A stretch of DNA of 35,857 nucleotides from Sedimentisphaerales bacterium (GTDB lineage: Bacteria; Planctomycetota; Phycisphaerae; Sedimentisphaerales; Anaerobacaceae), in the NCBI GenBank assembly GCA_037381725.1, contig JARRQQ010000001.1, positions 1 to 35,857 of the forward strand. Reading direction: 5' to 3'. The notes beneath the pieces are model-generated. The model was not told the DNA's origin. It searched no databases and saw nothing but the letters and a program-made list of their open reading frames with translations. Positions 26,662-34,954 of the stretch are shown here, in pieces (position 1 is the first letter of the stretch; each line of letters opens with the position of its first letter). Both the position numbers and the translations under genes were made by a program.

Positions 26662-27885
26662 CTATGGATTCCCTTGTGCGTAGCGGTTCCTGCCATCAGT
26701 CGTCTGCTTTAGAAACAGATAGTAGAGCCGGCCTTCCTGGTACGTTTGTCCGGCCAGCTCTCCGGCCACGTCGCCCACGCCCATATACACGTCGCTGCGC
26801 CCCGGCGCGCGGATCGCGCCGCCGGCGTCCTGGTCCAGGGCGAAGCCGCTATAGGGCACACTGACGGCCCGTCCTCCAACGGCGTGCGGCAAGGTGGTCG
26901 TGATGAACGTCAGGGATCCCCGCGGGAAGATCGACTTATCCGTGGCAATCGTCCTATAAGCTGTTACCGGCTCGTTCAGGCAACCTCGCGGCGAACCGTC
27001 CTCTTGCTTCTGAAAGAATACGTATCGTGCGTTTCGCCGGATGTACGTGCTGACCTGGTCTTTGTGTCGCTTGAAATAGTCGATCATGGAGGCCAGGCTG
27101 ATGTGGTCGGCGGGAATCTTGCCGTCGTTGACGAGGGCCTCTGCGACGCTTTGATATTCACGTCCATTGCTGGCGGCGTAGCCCACAGTGGTGACTTTAC
27201 TGTTGGGTAGCCTGAGCTTGGCCGAACCCTGCACGTGGGCGATGTACGCCTCGAACGGGTCGCTCAACCAGATGAGTTCTTTGCCCCTGAGCATTCTTGC
27301 GCCCTCAATGACGGCTCTGGACGGGTAGGCGGTGATTTGTCCGTCAGGCATACGCCGGCCGAGTATCTCGCCGTCCGGCGCTTTGACCAGGTCGTCCGGC
27401 GGCTTGTATAGCGGGTAGCAGAAACGCTCCGTGCGTTGCATGGAGCCGTCGAAGATGGGCGTGTAGTAACCCGTGAATAGCACGGTGCCCTGATCGTCGC
27501 ACCCAATGGACGTGTACACGTCGAACTTCTGCCGAATGGCGAGGTTTAGCTCGGCGCCCGTCATGCCGGAATCCAACATCTGGGCGAAGGATTTCAGGCT
27601 CTCCAGGGCGGTGTCGTGAGTGATCTCGCCGACGGGATAGAACTGCCGGCTCGACGGCTTCTGGAGGTAGTTGATGCTTCGGTGGACGGCGGTTTTCAGC
27701 CCGGCCAGGTCGCGACACGCCGCGGAAAAGTCCGGAATTTCGGCGGGGTTTGTGATCTTTCGCAAGGCCAGTTGCCCGGGCGGCAAAGGCCTGTCGTAGG
27801 CCTTCTGAGACTTGGCCGGCGGACTCTTGCATCCCGAAAAGACGACAATCAGACACGATACAGCGAGCAAAATCCTTTTTCTCAT
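26662..27885 (-). CDS. mltA: Membrane-bound lytic murein transglycosylase A (MltA family, with 3D domain), lipoprotein
   Basis: ATG at 27885 gives MRKRILLAVSCLIVVFSGC (lipobox). MltA-domain segments GYYTPIFDGS and YPLYKPPDDLV. 3D-domain segments ATDKSIFPRGSL and LDQDAGGAIRAPGRSDVYMG. Confidence 0.88.
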   Translation of the reverse strand: MRKRILLAVSCLIVVFSGCKSPPAKSQKAYDRPLPPGQLALRKITNPAEIPDFSAACRDLAGLKTAVHRSINYLQKPSSRQFYPVGEITHDTALESLKSFAQMLDSGMTGAELNLAIRQKFDVYTSIGCDDQGTVLFTGYYTPIFDGSMQRTERFCYPLYKPPDDLVKAPDGEILGRRMPDGQITAYPSRAVIEGARMLRGKELIWLSDPFEAYIAHVQGSAKLRLPNSKVTTVGYAASNGREYQSVAEALVNDGKIPADHISLASMIDYFKRHKDQVSTYIRRNARYVFFQKQEDGSPRGCLNEPVTAYRTIATDKSIFPRGSLTFITTTLPHAVGGRAVSVPYSGFALDQDAGGAIRAPGRSDVYMGVGDVAGELAGQTYQEGRLYYLFLKQTTDGRNRYAQGNP

Positions 27886-28088
27886 TCTAATTCCAAGCTC
27901 CAAAACGTCCTGAACCGGCGTTCATTCCCGCACGCCCGCTTCTGGCACGGCCGCAACAGGTCACTATCGGATCTCCGGGCGTTTGTACCGCCCGCGCCTT
28001 GATACTTTTATCGGCGCACGGGCTGGCTTTTTTGGAGTCAAAACGTCTCGCATGGTCCAAAAAAGTCCGAAGCCCGATTGAATTGTCC

Positions 28089-28116
28089 TTGACAAAAATA
28101 CGATAACTGCGATAAT
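28089..28116 (+). promoter_or_regulatory. Near-consensus sigma70-type promoter: TTGACA - 16 nt - GATAAT
   Basis: TTGACA at 28089-28094 and GATAAT at 28111-28116, read directly. Lies about 230 nt upstream of the first giant secreted-protein gene. Confidence 0.45.
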
Positions 28117-28344
28117 GGTAAATCCGTCGGATCATACGAGTTCTGACCTATGTAGCACCCGGATTCGCGCCCCAGTGAGGGGAGTGAGGGCCAAGTCGGG
28201 CGGAAGGATGTGGCGTTACACGAAATGCTGTGTTTTGATCGCACCAGACACATCTCAACGTTTATCAAAAGCAATCCCAACGCTTTGGCGTGTTGCCGGA
28301 GCAGGATTAACCCACCTTAAGTTTCTCTAGTAAGGAGGATTATT

Positions 28345-31300
28345 ATGTCTCGAAAGATCTGTTGGCTGACCGTGGTCTTGATGGTCGGATTCGTCGGAAT
28401 TGATCAGAGCCGCGCTCAAGACGTCGTCAATCTATTGCGAAACGGCGGCTTCGAGGACGGCGTGATGACGCCATGGGGCATATATGATAATACCGGCGGC
28501 GGCGCCCGCGGAGAGGTGATTACGGACGACCCGATCGAGGGGGACTATTGTTTGCACATTGTGGTTCCGCAAGCGAATGCGAACTATTGGGATGTCGGCT
28601 TGAACCAGGGAGGCCTGGTTTTTGAATCCGGCAAGAAGTACACGCTTTCGGCCTGGCTCAAGTGCGACAGCGGCACGCTGGACGTCAGTTACAAACCGGA
28701 ACTCGCCCAGGACCCATGGACGGGATTCGGCGCGCTGGACTTCACGATCACTGAGGAATGGGACGAATACAGCACGACGACTCCCGTGATGACCTCGGAC
28801 GTTAGCCCGGGGGAAGTGGTGTTCCATATAGGTTTTACCCCCGGCGAGCTTTGGGTCGATGGCGTCCGATGGTATGAAGGCGACTATGTAGCCCCTCCGC
28901 CTGTGACGGTCGAGGAACGGGCCGCGGCGGGCGATCCGAGTCCGGCCGATGGGGCGACGAACGTGCCGAATGATACGCCGCTGAGTTGGACGCCGGGTGA
29001 GTTCGCGGCGACGCACGACGTGTACCTCGGAACGAGTTTCGAGGACGTCAACAACGCCACCCGGACCAATCCGATGAACGTACTGGTCAGCAAAGACCTG
29101 CTTTTGACGAAATACAAGCTCCACGACGCTCTTGAATTCGGCCAGACCTACTATTGGCGAATCGACGAGGTGAATGCGCCGCCGGATTCGACCGTCTACA
29201 AGGGCGCCGTGTGGAGCTTCACCGTCGAGCCTTATGCGTTCGAGATAACCAATATCCAGGCGACAGCTAGCTCGTCCGCTATAGATCAAGGTCCCGAAAA
29301 CACCATTAACGGATCGGGTCTGAACTCCCGCGATCAGCACTCGACCATCGGGACGGACATGTGGCTCAGCGACGCGGCCGGACCACAGCCGACCTGGATA
29401 CAATATGAGTTCGACAAGGCCTATGCCTTACTTGAAATGTGGGTGTGGAACTCGAACCAGATGCTCGAGTCCGTGGTCGGTATCGGGGCCAAGGACGTGA
29501 CAATTGAATACTCGCTGGACGGCGAGAACTGGACCACGCTGGGCGAGCAGGAATTTGCCCAGGCGACGGGCACGCCGACCTACACACACAATACGACCGT
29601 CGATATGAGCGGTGTGGTCGCCAAGTACGTCCGGCTGACCATCACTACGAATTGGCAGGGATTATTGCCTCAGTATGGTTTGAGCGAAGTGCGGTTCACG
29701 TACATCCCCGTGCAGGCCAGCGATCCCGTGCCCTCCTCCGGTGCCTTGAACGTGCCTCTGGACGTCGTTCTGGATTGGCGCGGCGGGCGCGAGGCGGCTT
29801 CGCACGAGGTCTATCTCAGCACCGACGAGCAGGCGGTCATCGACGGTACGGCGCCTGCAACCACGGTGAACGATACCGAATATCAGGTGGGGCCGCTTGA
29901 TTATGGACAGAGGTACTACTGGAAAGTCAACGAGATCAGCGAGGATGGCAGCTTTTATGAAGGCGACGTCTGGCGGTTCTCGACGACCGAGATGAAGGCG
30001 GTGGACGATTTCGAGAGCTACACCGACGACGACGCGGCTGGCCAGGCGATCTGGCAAACGTGGATCGACGGCTTCGGCGTTCCTGAGAATGGCTCACAGG
30101 TCGGGTACCTCGTTCCGCCGTATGCCGAACGAACGATCGTTCATGGCGGCAAACAATCCATGCCGTTCTTCTACGATCATGGTCAAGGATCCACCGCGCG
30201 CTATTCCGAGGCGGAGCGGACTTTTGACGATCCGATGGACTGGACCCAGTCAGGCATCGAGCAATTGTCGCTGTGGTTCCGGGGCAATCCGGGCTCGGCG
30301 GGCAGCTTTGTGGAGAGTCCTGCGGGGACTTTCACCATGACGGGTTCCGGAACGGATATTTGGGACACGGCCGATCAGTTCCACTTCGCCTACAAAATGC
30401 TGACGGGGGCCGGCTCGATTGTTGCTCGCGTCCAGAGCGTAACCGATACGGACCCGTGGGCCAAGGCCGGCGTGATGATCCGCGAGACGCTGGATCCCGG
30501 GTCGAAGAACGCTTTTGCAACCATCACACCCGAGAACGGGGTTGCCTCTCAGGGGCGGACAGAAACGGGGGGCACGAGCTTCAGCACGAATCAGACGGGC
30601 GTCGCCGCGCCATACTGGGTGAAGCTGGAGCGTGACATCTCCGGGCGCTTCACGGTCTCCCACTCGGCGAACGGGACGAACTGGACCCCGGTCAACAATG
30701 CCACGGGAACCAATATCCAGATGAGCTCGACCGTCTACATCGGCCTAGCGGTGACCAGCCACAACGCCAGTGAGACGTGCGAGGCGGTATTCACGGATGT
30801 CACGATGACCGGTTCGGTCAGTGGAGAGTGGACGGATCAGGATATCGGAATCGCCACGAACGACGCCGAGCCGCTGTACGTTGGTCTGGTGGATACCGCG
30901 GGCCACATTGGCACGGTGGCCAGTGAAGACCCGGCCGCTACCCAGATTGACACTTGGACGCAGTGGAGTATTGACCTGGCTCAATTCGCCGACCAGGGCG
31001 TGAATCTGGCCGCCGTTCAGAACCTGATCCTGGGCGTAGGCGATAGAAACACTCCGACCGCGGGCGGCTCGGGAACGCTGTACTTCGATGATATCGGGGT
31101 CGGACGGGCCTTGCCGCCGCCGGAGTTCGTGAATCTGCTGGTCAATGGCGGCTTCGAGGACGGCGTGCTCGATCCGTGGTACATATATGACAATACAGGT
31201 GGCGGCGCGACCGCAGAAGTGGTATCAGAGGATCCGGTGGAAGGCAGCTTGTGTTTGCACGTTATCGTGCCGACAGTGAATGCCAACTTCTGGGACGTCG

Positions 31301-32124
31301 GGATAAGCCAGCCGGACTTGGTTTTTCAAGCCGGGAAGAAGTACACGCTTTCGGCCTGGCTGAAGTGTGCCAGCGGGACGCTCGATATCAATTTCAAACC
31401 GGAACTGGGTGCCGATCCCTACACGGGATATGGCGACCAGGTCTTGACCATGACGGACGAATGGGCGGAGTATCATATCACGACGCCCGTCTTCACGGAG
31501 GACGTGAGTCCGGGCACAGCCACCTTCCACGTCGGCTTCACCGCGACTGAGTTTTGGATGGACGACGTCAAGTTTTACGAAGGTGACTACACCATACCGG
31601 GTGGTCTCGACGCGGTTGTGGTCGGCGATTTCGAGGGCGGTCTTGACGGCTGGCAGGAACGGGACGCCACGCTGTCACTCAGTACGACGGGGGCAACGCT
31701 CGGCACGCAGGCACTGCAGGTGGACGGTCCCGGCGATTGGCACATCGACGCCTTAGTGGATATCAGGTCGCACAGCGCCTTGCTGGGAACCGCTGGTGCG
31801 ATGGTCGTGGCGGACGTGACCGCGTTCGACGCCGATCTGACCACGACGTGGATGAACATGGAGATGATTATCAACGGGCAGAACAACGATGATAACGGCG
31901 CGAACAACAACGTCGGCTGGCAATCGCTCGGCGCGCAGAGCATCGAGCGTGACGGGCAGCCCCACACGTACACGTGGGCGGTTCCGGAATCGCTCAGCAC
32001 GGTGATTGCGGGCACGGACGACAACATCGCGTGGTTCGAGCTGGCGCTGGTGTCGAACCTGGACGCGGCATCGGTGACGAAGTTCTACATTGATAACATC
32101 CGTCTGGTCGCCGGAGATCAGTAA
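28345..32124 (+). CDS. 1259-aa secreted multi-module protein with no recognisable catalytic domain. Order: CBM4/9/22-like module, repeat module, F5/8 type C (discoidin) domain, repeat module, beta-sandwich domain with nested ConA-like (DUF1349-type) insert, second CBM copy, C-terminal beta-sandwich
   Basis: Signal peptide ...DQSRA/QD. NGGFEDG...W CBM signature occurs twice. Discoidin-like stretch runs from ATASSS...TINGSG to YVRLTIT...GLSEVRF. ConA-like stretch includes GSGTDIWDTADQFHFAYK...WAKAGVMIRE...YWVKLER...YIGLAVTSHN. Strong SD AAGGAGGA lies 5 nt before the ATG. Confidence 0.9.
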   Translation: MSRKICWLTVVLMVGFVGIDQSRAQDVVNLLRNGGFEDGVMTPWGIYDNTGGGARGEVITDDPIEGDYCLHIVVPQANANYWDVGLNQGGLVFESGKKYTLSAWLKCDSGTLDVSYKPELAQDPWTGFGALDFTITEEWDEYSTTTPVMTSDVSPGEVVFHIGFTPGELWVDGVRWYEGDYVAPPPVTVEERAAAGDPSPADGATNVPNDTPLSWTPGEFAATHDVYLGTSFEDVNNATRTNPMNVLVSKDLLLTKYKLHDALEFGQTYYWRIDEVNAPPDSTVYKGAVWSFTVEPYAFEITNIQATASSSAIDQGPENTINGSGLNSRDQHSTIGTDMWLSDAAGPQPTWIQYEFDKAYALLEMWVWNSNQMLESVVGIGAKDVTIEYSLDGENWTTLGEQEFAQATGTPTYTHNTTVDMSGVVAKYVRLTITTNWQGLLPQYGLSEVRFTYIPVQASDPVPSSGALNVPLDVVLDWRGGREAASHEVYLSTDEQAVIDGTAPATTVNDTEYQVGPLDYGQRYYWKVNEISEDGSFYEGDVWRFSTTEMKAVDDFESYTDDDAAGQAIWQTWIDGFGVPENGSQVGYLVPPYAERTIVHGGKQSMPFFYDHGQGSTARYSEAERTFDDPMDWTQSGIEQLSLWFRGNPGSAGSFVESPAGTFTMTGSGTDIWDTADQFHFAYKMLTGAGSIVARVQSVTDTDPWAKAGVMIRETLDPGSKNAFATITPENGVASQGRTETGGTSFSTNQTGVAAPYWVKLERDISGRFTVSHSANGTNWTPVNNATGTNIQMSSTVYIGLAVTSHNASETCEAVFTDVTMTGSVSGEWTDQDIGIATNDAEPLYVGLVDTAGHIGTVASEDPAATQIDTWTQWSIDLAQFADQGVNLAAVQNLILGVGDRNTPTAGGSGTLYFDDIGVGRALPPPEFVNLLVNGGFEDGVLDPWYIYDNTGGGATAEVVSEDPVEGSLCLHVIVPTVNANFWDVGISQPDLVFQAGKKYTLSAWLKCASGTLDINFKPELGADPYTGYGDQVLTMTDEWAEYHITTPVFTEDVSPGTATFHVGFTATEFWMDDVKFYEGDYTIPGGLDAVVVGDFEGGLDGWQERDATLSLSTTGATLGTQALQVDGPGDWHIDALVDIRSHSALLGTAGAMVVADVTAFDADLTTTWMNMEMIINGQNNDDNGANNNVGWQSLGAQSIERDGQPHTYTWAVPESLSTVIAGTDDNIAWFELALVSNLDAASVTKFYIDNIRLVAGDQ
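28423..28887 (+). repeat. Copy 1 of an intragenic 465-nt (155-aa) duplicated CBM-like module
   Basis: Aligns without gaps to 31126-31590. By my hand count about two thirds of residues are identical, including the identical nucleotide run AAGAAGTACACGCTTTCGGCCTGGCT. Confidence 0.85.
31126..31590 (+). repeat. Copy 2 of the intragenic duplicated CBM-like module
   Basis: FVNLLVNGGFEDGVLDPW...FYEGDY aligns end to end with VVNLLRNGGFEDGVMTPW...WYEGDY of copy 1. Confidence 0.85.
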
Positions 32125-32287
32125 GGGCAGCTCTGGGTATGTAGACCTCGCGGGGGGTATCCACAAGGATGATGTTGGATCTCGCAGAGGTCAGGGGCCT
32201 ATGCCTCTCGCAAGGGGTGTCTCAGGCGGCTTGCTAAGGTGCAAGCCCCGTTCAGCGTGAATGCATTATCTCTGAAGGAGGACTACT

Positions 32288-34867
32288 ATGTGCGGAAGAA
32301 GAGCACTTCCAGCCGCCCTTGGTCTTCTATTGGGCGCGGCTGCGGCGAATGTGCGTGCCGCCGATCCGAATCTGATGGGTTGGTGGAGATTCAACGACGG
32401 CTCAGGCACGGTGGCGATTGACTCTTCGGGTCACGACCGTCACGGCGTTCTCGTCGATGGTCCTCAATGGGTTGCGGGCATCCACGGCGGCGCGCTTGCG
32501 TTCGCCGATGGCAGCCATGTAGCCGTGCCGGGCTACGACGGCATATTAGGCTCGCAAGCCCGCACGAACGCAGCGTGGGTCAACGTGACCAACACGTCGG
32601 CGAGCATCATCACGTGGGGGCCGAGCGGGTCCGGAACGAAGTGGATTGTGCGAACGCACAACGATCCCGCGAATCTCCGCGTCGAGTGCGGCCAGGGAAA
32701 TACATGGGGGACCACCGACCTTGCCGACGGCGAGTGGCACCACGTGGCGGCCGTCCTCGAAGACGATGGGTCACCGGACATTAGCGAGGTTAAGCTCTAC
32801 GTGGACGGCGAGTTGGACCCCATTGCCGGAGGGACGCCGAGAGCAATCAACACCTCCAGCGGCGGCGAGCTCCGAATCGCCTACGATTTGAACAATACGC
32901 CGAGAGTTTTTACGGGCATGATGGACGATGTCCGCATGTCTGACCGCGCGCTGACGGCCGAGGAGATTCAGGCGATTATGACGGACCCGGGCCTGGTCAG
33001 GCACGCCATGGGGCCGGACCCAACCGACGGTGCCGTGATCGACGAGACGTGGTATATGCTGAGCTGGACGCCGGGCGATCTGGCCGCCTCACATCAGGTT
33101 TACATCAGCGAGAATTTCGACGACGTCAATGAAGGCCGGGTCGAGCCGGTGTCTTCGGCGTCGTCTTATCTTGTGATCGGTCTTGGCGGGCCATACCCAA
33201 GCGGGCTGACACCAGGGGTAAGGTACTATTGGCGTGTCGATGAGGTTAATGAAGCCGAGCCGGATAGCCCCTGGAGGGGTAACGTCTGGAGCTTCAGTGT
33301 TCGACCAACGACCACGTGGAGTCCGGTCCCGGCCGATGGCGCCAGGTTTGTGGCGACCGACGCGGTCCTGAGCTGGGACCCCGGCGTGGGAGCGGTCGCC
33401 TTCTACGTCTATTTCGGCGACACTTTCGATGACGTGAACAACGCGACGGGCGCGCCTTTCACTACCGAGACGACGTACGATCCGGGCCCCCTGGAAGCTG
33501 GCAAGACCTACTATTGGCGGGTAGACGGGTCCGATTTCCAGACCCTCCAACGGGGCAAGGTCTGGAGTTTCACGACCGCCGGCGGGGGAGGCGGAATCCT
33601 GGGTGAGTATTTCAACAACATGGGCGCAAGCGGCCAGCCCGTCCTGACTCGGATCGATCAGAACGTTGATTTCGACTTCGGCGACGGCTCGCCCGAAGCC
33701 GGCGTCGTTGACGAAGACGCTTTCTCAGCCCGTTGGCGTGGCGAGATAGAGGCTGCGTTCTCCGAGACGTATACGTTCTACACGCGGACGAATGACGGTT
33801 CGAGACTGTGGCTCGACGACAAATTGATTGTAGACAAGTGGGTGTGGGTCAACAGGGTCGTCGATACACGCAGCACGCCGGTTGTGCTTGTCGCCGGGCA
33901 GCGATACAGCATCCGGATGGAATTCTTCAACGAGGACACGGAGGCCGAGGCGCACCTGTTGTGGGTGAGCGCCAGTCAGCCCAAGGGGATCGTCCCGCAG
34001 GCGGCGCTGTCCCTGCCTTTACAGGCGGGCAGCCCGCATCCGCCCAACGGGCAGACGGGCGTAAAGCTGATACCCCCTCTTCGCTGGGTTCCAGGAGTGT
34101 ACGCCGCCTCACACGACGTGTACTTCGGCACCGATGAACAGGCGGTCAGAGACGCCGGCAGAAACTCGCCCGAGTTTAAGGGCACTAAGGCGTTTGGCGA
34201 TGAAAACTACGATCCCGGCAAGCTCGCCAGACACACGACATACTATTGGCGCGTCGATGAGGTCAACGACCTCCATCCTGATAGCCCCTGGGTTGGCAAT
34301 CTCTGGAGCTTTACAACGGGTGCTTTCCTGGTCGTGGACGACTTCGAGGACTATACCGACGATGACACGGGCGGCGAGGCGATCTGGCAACGCTGGATCG
34401 ATGGTTTCGGTGTTGCGAACAACGGCTCGCAAGTCGGGTATCTGCTTCCTCCGTACGCCGAGCAGACGATTGTCCACAGCGGTCGCCAATCCATGCCGAT
34501 CCTTTACGAGAACGTGAACGGTGTGACCAATTCCGAGGTGGAACTGACGTTGACCTATCCGCGCGACTGGACCGAGCACGGCGTGAGCACGTTGACGCTC
34601 TGGTTCCGGGGTGATGCGGCTAATGCCGCTGAGCCGATGTACGTTGCTCTTGACGGCAATGCGATAGTCGCGCAGGAGAATCCCGCCGCGGCGCAGGCGA
34701 TCTCCTGGACGCAGTGGAACATCGACTTGGAGACGTTCGCCGATCTGGGTGAGGATCTGGCGAACGTGAACAGTATCGCGATTGGCTTGGGCACGAAGGC
34801 CGACGGCGCAGGTCCAGGCGGCTCGGGCACGATCTATATCGACGACATTCGGCTGTATCGGCCGTAG
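32288..34867 (+). CDS. 859-aa secreted multi-module protein. Order: LamG (Laminin_G_3-like) domain, two repeat modules, PA14 domain, third repeat module, C-terminal beta-sandwich domain shared with the upstream gene
   Basis: Signal peptide ...ANVRA/AD. LamG stretch runs LMGWWRFNDGSG...GEWHHVAAV...DDVRMSDRALTAEEIQ. PA14-like stretch runs GILGEYFNN...FSARWRGEI...YTFYTRTNDGSRLWLDD...EAHLLW. C-terminal DDFEDYTDDD...GSGTIYIDDIRLY. SD AAGGAGGA lies 5 nt before the ATG. Confidence 0.9.
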   Translation: MCGRRALPAALGLLLGAAAANVRAADPNLMGWWRFNDGSGTVAIDSSGHDRHGVLVDGPQWVAGIHGGALAFADGSHVAVPGYDGILGSQARTNAAWVNVTNTSASIITWGPSGSGTKWIVRTHNDPANLRVECGQGNTWGTTDLADGEWHHVAAVLEDDGSPDISEVKLYVDGELDPIAGGTPRAINTSSGGELRIAYDLNNTPRVFTGMMDDVRMSDRALTAEEIQAIMTDPGLVRHAMGPDPTDGAVIDETWYMLSWTPGDLAASHQVYISENFDDVNEGRVEPVSSASSYLVIGLGGPYPSGLTPGVRYYWRVDEVNEAEPDSPWRGNVWSFSVRPTTTWSPVPADGARFVATDAVLSWDPGVGAVAFYVYFGDTFDDVNNATGAPFTTETTYDPGPLEAGKTYYWRVDGSDFQTLQRGKVWSFTTAGGGGGILGEYFNNMGASGQPVLTRIDQNVDFDFGDGSPEAGVVDEDAFSARWRGEIEAAFSETYTFYTRTNDGSRLWLDDKLIVDKWVWVNRVVDTRSTPVVLVAGQRYSIRMEFFNEDTEAEAHLLWVSASQPKGIVPQAALSLPLQAGSPHPPNGQTGVKLIPPLRWVPGVYAASHDVYFGTDEQAVRDAGRNSPEFKGTKAFGDENYDPGKLARHTTYYWRVDEVNDLHPDSPWVGNLWSFTTGAFLVVDDFEDYTDDDTGGEAIWQRWIDGFGVANNGSQVGYLLPPYAEQTIVHSGRQSMPILYENVNGVTNSEVELTLTYPRDWTEHGVSTLTLWFRGDAANAAEPMYVALDGNAIVAQENPAAAQAISWTQWNIDLETFADLGEDLANVNSIAIGLGTKADGAGPGGSGTIYIDDIRLYRP

Positions 34868-34889
34868 GGGCAGGCCCATGTGCCTGCCC
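34868..34889 (+). terminator. GC-rich hairpin GGGCAGGC-ccatgt-GCCTGCCC immediately after the stop codon (weak terminator or attenuator candidate; no U-tract)
   Basis: 8-bp perfect stem read directly. It is followed by TGGGCAACC rather than a T-run. Confidence 0.3.
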
Positions 34890-34954
34890 TGGGCAACCAC
34901 GTGGGGGTGCCCCTATCCAGCACGGAGGTTCGACCTTTTTGAAGGAGGACTATT

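Noticed and set aside
28115-28330. 71-aa + strand ORF in the leader of the first secreted-protein gene, as a possible leader peptide or small protein
   Set aside because: It starts inside the predicted -10 element, has no SD, and its composition (R/S/C/T-rich) is not protein-like. It was treated as non-coding leader.
28432-29403. 323-aa minus-strand ORF, plus similar ORFs at 34109-34900 and 34976-35758
   Set aside because: All lie antisense to the three secreted-protein genes, whose + frames show repeated, mutually alignable domains. They are GC-rich shadow ORFs.
34925-34936. GGAGGTTCGACC, resembling a tRNA T-arm/T-loop
   Set aside because: There is no complementary 3' half of the T-stem, no acceptor stem and no anticodon arm in the 87-nt spacer. 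No tRNA-like cloverleaf was found in any intergenic region of the window.
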